DNA from: Chloroflexi bacterium RBG_16_57_11
GTDB taxonomy: Bacteria; Chloroflexota; Anaerolineae; Anaerolineales; UBA4823
Assembly (NCBI GenBank): GCA_001795165.1
Contig: MGNS01000101.1
Coordinates: 19,938 to 55,725, forward strand
Reading direction: 5' to 3'
DNA length: 35,788 bases
The translations under genes and the position numbers were made by a program. Of this stretch, positions 34,787-35,788 are shown piece by piece. Positions within the stretch are counted from its first letter, which is position 1, and every line of letters starts with the position of its first letter. The notes below the pieces were generated by a model. The model was given only the letters and a program-made list of their open reading frames with translations. It ran no database searches and had not been told where the DNA came from.

Positions 34787-35788
34787 TCAATCCAATTACA
34801 GGTTTGGGTTACTTCCTCAGCAACTTCGGGCGCATGTTGTGCCACAAGGACGGCGGTGAGTGAGGCGCCACCAAAGATCGCCAAACAGGCGAGGACGCCT
34901 GCCGCTTCGCCAGCAGGGATCGGACCATCTATAAGCGCCAAGGTGGCGAATAATGTCAAGCAGGCCTCTATCGGACCTTCACCAGTGGGGTCTGTATATC
35001 GAACCGGGTTCGAGTAGGCGTAATTCCACTGGTTTTGTGAAACCGGCCTGAAAATATCCCCCTCCCACACGTCCTTCGTCAGGAAACGGGCTTGGGAAGG
35101 CGAATACCACCTTGCTCTTAGATAAATTAACCCTTGACTTGTATACTCCCCCGTGAACCCATAGCTGCTCACCCCGCTCCCCGCACTGCTCATCACCACC
35201 CCATACGGCTGGTAATCCTTTGCCAGCGTCACCTCGCCGTCTTGATCCGCCAACTGCCTCACACTACCCAGCGCATCCCCCAGGAAATACTCCGCTCCGC
35301 CTGCGTCGTGCTGTGCGATCCGCCCTACGCCATACAGGTAAGTGTCTTGCCCATCCTGCAAGACCTGGGTCAGCCCACCCGCCATGTCTACTGTATAATC
35401 CGTCGTCACACCGTCCACCGTCTGCCTCAGCCTGTCTCCAAGCCCATTATACGTGAAACTGGCCGTGGTTTGCTGGCTGCTGGCTGTGATCAATTGGTTG
35501 GCGGTATTATAAGCGTACGTGTACACCCCATCGCTTTGCAGGTTGCCGTTATCATCCCAGATGTAATTCACCCCATCCACGTTGGTCAGCCGGTTGGCGT
35601 CGTCGTATTGATAAGTGTTCGTCCCCGACGGCATCTCCTGCGTCAAGCGATTGCCGACCGCATCATAAGTGTAGTGGAAATATGGCTCGTTGCTATAATT
35701 TGCTTCCCTCAGCCGGTTGAGCGGGTCGTAGGTGTAAGTGATCGTGATCGTCTCCCCCTCGGTCAACTCCATGGGAGCCGGTTGATCT
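34666..35788 (-). CDS. Rhs/YD-repeat protein, C-terminal part (5' end off-window)
   Basis: Tandem YD repeats (YTYDPLNRL, YTYDAVGNRL, YQYDDANRL, YIWDDNGNL, YTYAYNTANQL, FTYNGLGDRL). The core-closing motif is RWYSPSQARFLTKD...NQWNYAYSNPVRYTDPTGEG. The reading frame remains open to the window end. Confidence 0.9.
   Translation of the reverse strand, partial: DQPAPMELTEGETITITYTYDPLNRLREANYSNEPYFHYTYDAVGNRLTQEMPSGTNTYQYDDANRLTNVDGVNYIWDDNGNLQSDGVYTYAYNTANQLITASSQQTTASFTYNGLGDRLRQTVDGVTTDYTVDMAGGLTQVLQDGQDTYLYGVGRIAQHDAGGAEYFLGDALGSVRQLADQDGEVTLAKDYQPYGVVMSSAGSGVSSYGFTGEYTSQGLIYLRARWYSPSQARFLTKDVWEGDIFRPVSQNQWNYAYSNPVRYTDPTGEGPIEACLTLFATLALIDGPIPAGEAAGVLACLAIFGGASLTAVLVAQHAPEVAEEVTQTCNWIEWLYTRPVQPDPQKQPSPEPKIQPNHLKHLNLSTFSTSQN

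Noticed and set aside
1-35788. A search by eye for CRISPR arrays, tRNA/rRNA genes, IS elements or transposases, integrases, and long direct or inverted repeats.
   Set aside because: I recognised none. The intergenic regions are short and are explained by promoters, terminators or the T-box. An exhaustive repeat search cannot be done by eye, so small or degenerate repeats could have been missed.

Overview
This is a 35.8 kb, fairly GC-rich bacterial chromosomal window. Gene content and order suggest a Chloroflexota-like organism: a T-box outside Firmicutes, an rbfA-nrnA arrangement and many PD40-propeller proteins. That assignment is inference only. Most of the window is housekeeping.

Genes on the + strand:
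- A partial rhodanese sulfurtransferase.
- A membrane-anchored sigma-like protein.
- A pdhA-pdhB-E2 cluster.
- An RDD protein.
- A hypothetical/MFS/DUF2294 trio.
- An M50 site-2 protease.
- A CPA2 antiporter with a coupled PII-like ORF.
- A small-ORF/MazG-like/LOG-like operon.

Genes on the - strand:
- An ABC-2 exporter operon, ending in a secreted beta-propeller.
- trpB2, behind a clear Trp T-box riboswitch.
- thyA-folA.
- The translation and ribosome-maturation block nusA-ylxR-infB-rbfA-nrnA-truB-ribF.
- A GNAT gene.
- An 875-aa DHH-CBS-CCA/poly(A) polymerase fusion.

The only clearly accessory segment is the right end, about 33.4-35.8 kb. An Rhs/YD-repeat toxin gene runs off the window there. 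Its nuclease-like tip sits in the -1 frame and is followed by a putative immunity gene. This AT-richer cassette abuts a truncated SARP/BTAD regulator fragment.

Other decay scars are a cytochrome P450 N-terminal remnant and a secreted-protein gene broken by an in-frame TAA. I recognised no rRNA, tRNA, CRISPR array or IS/transposase. All homology calls come from motifs read by eye, and no searches were run.
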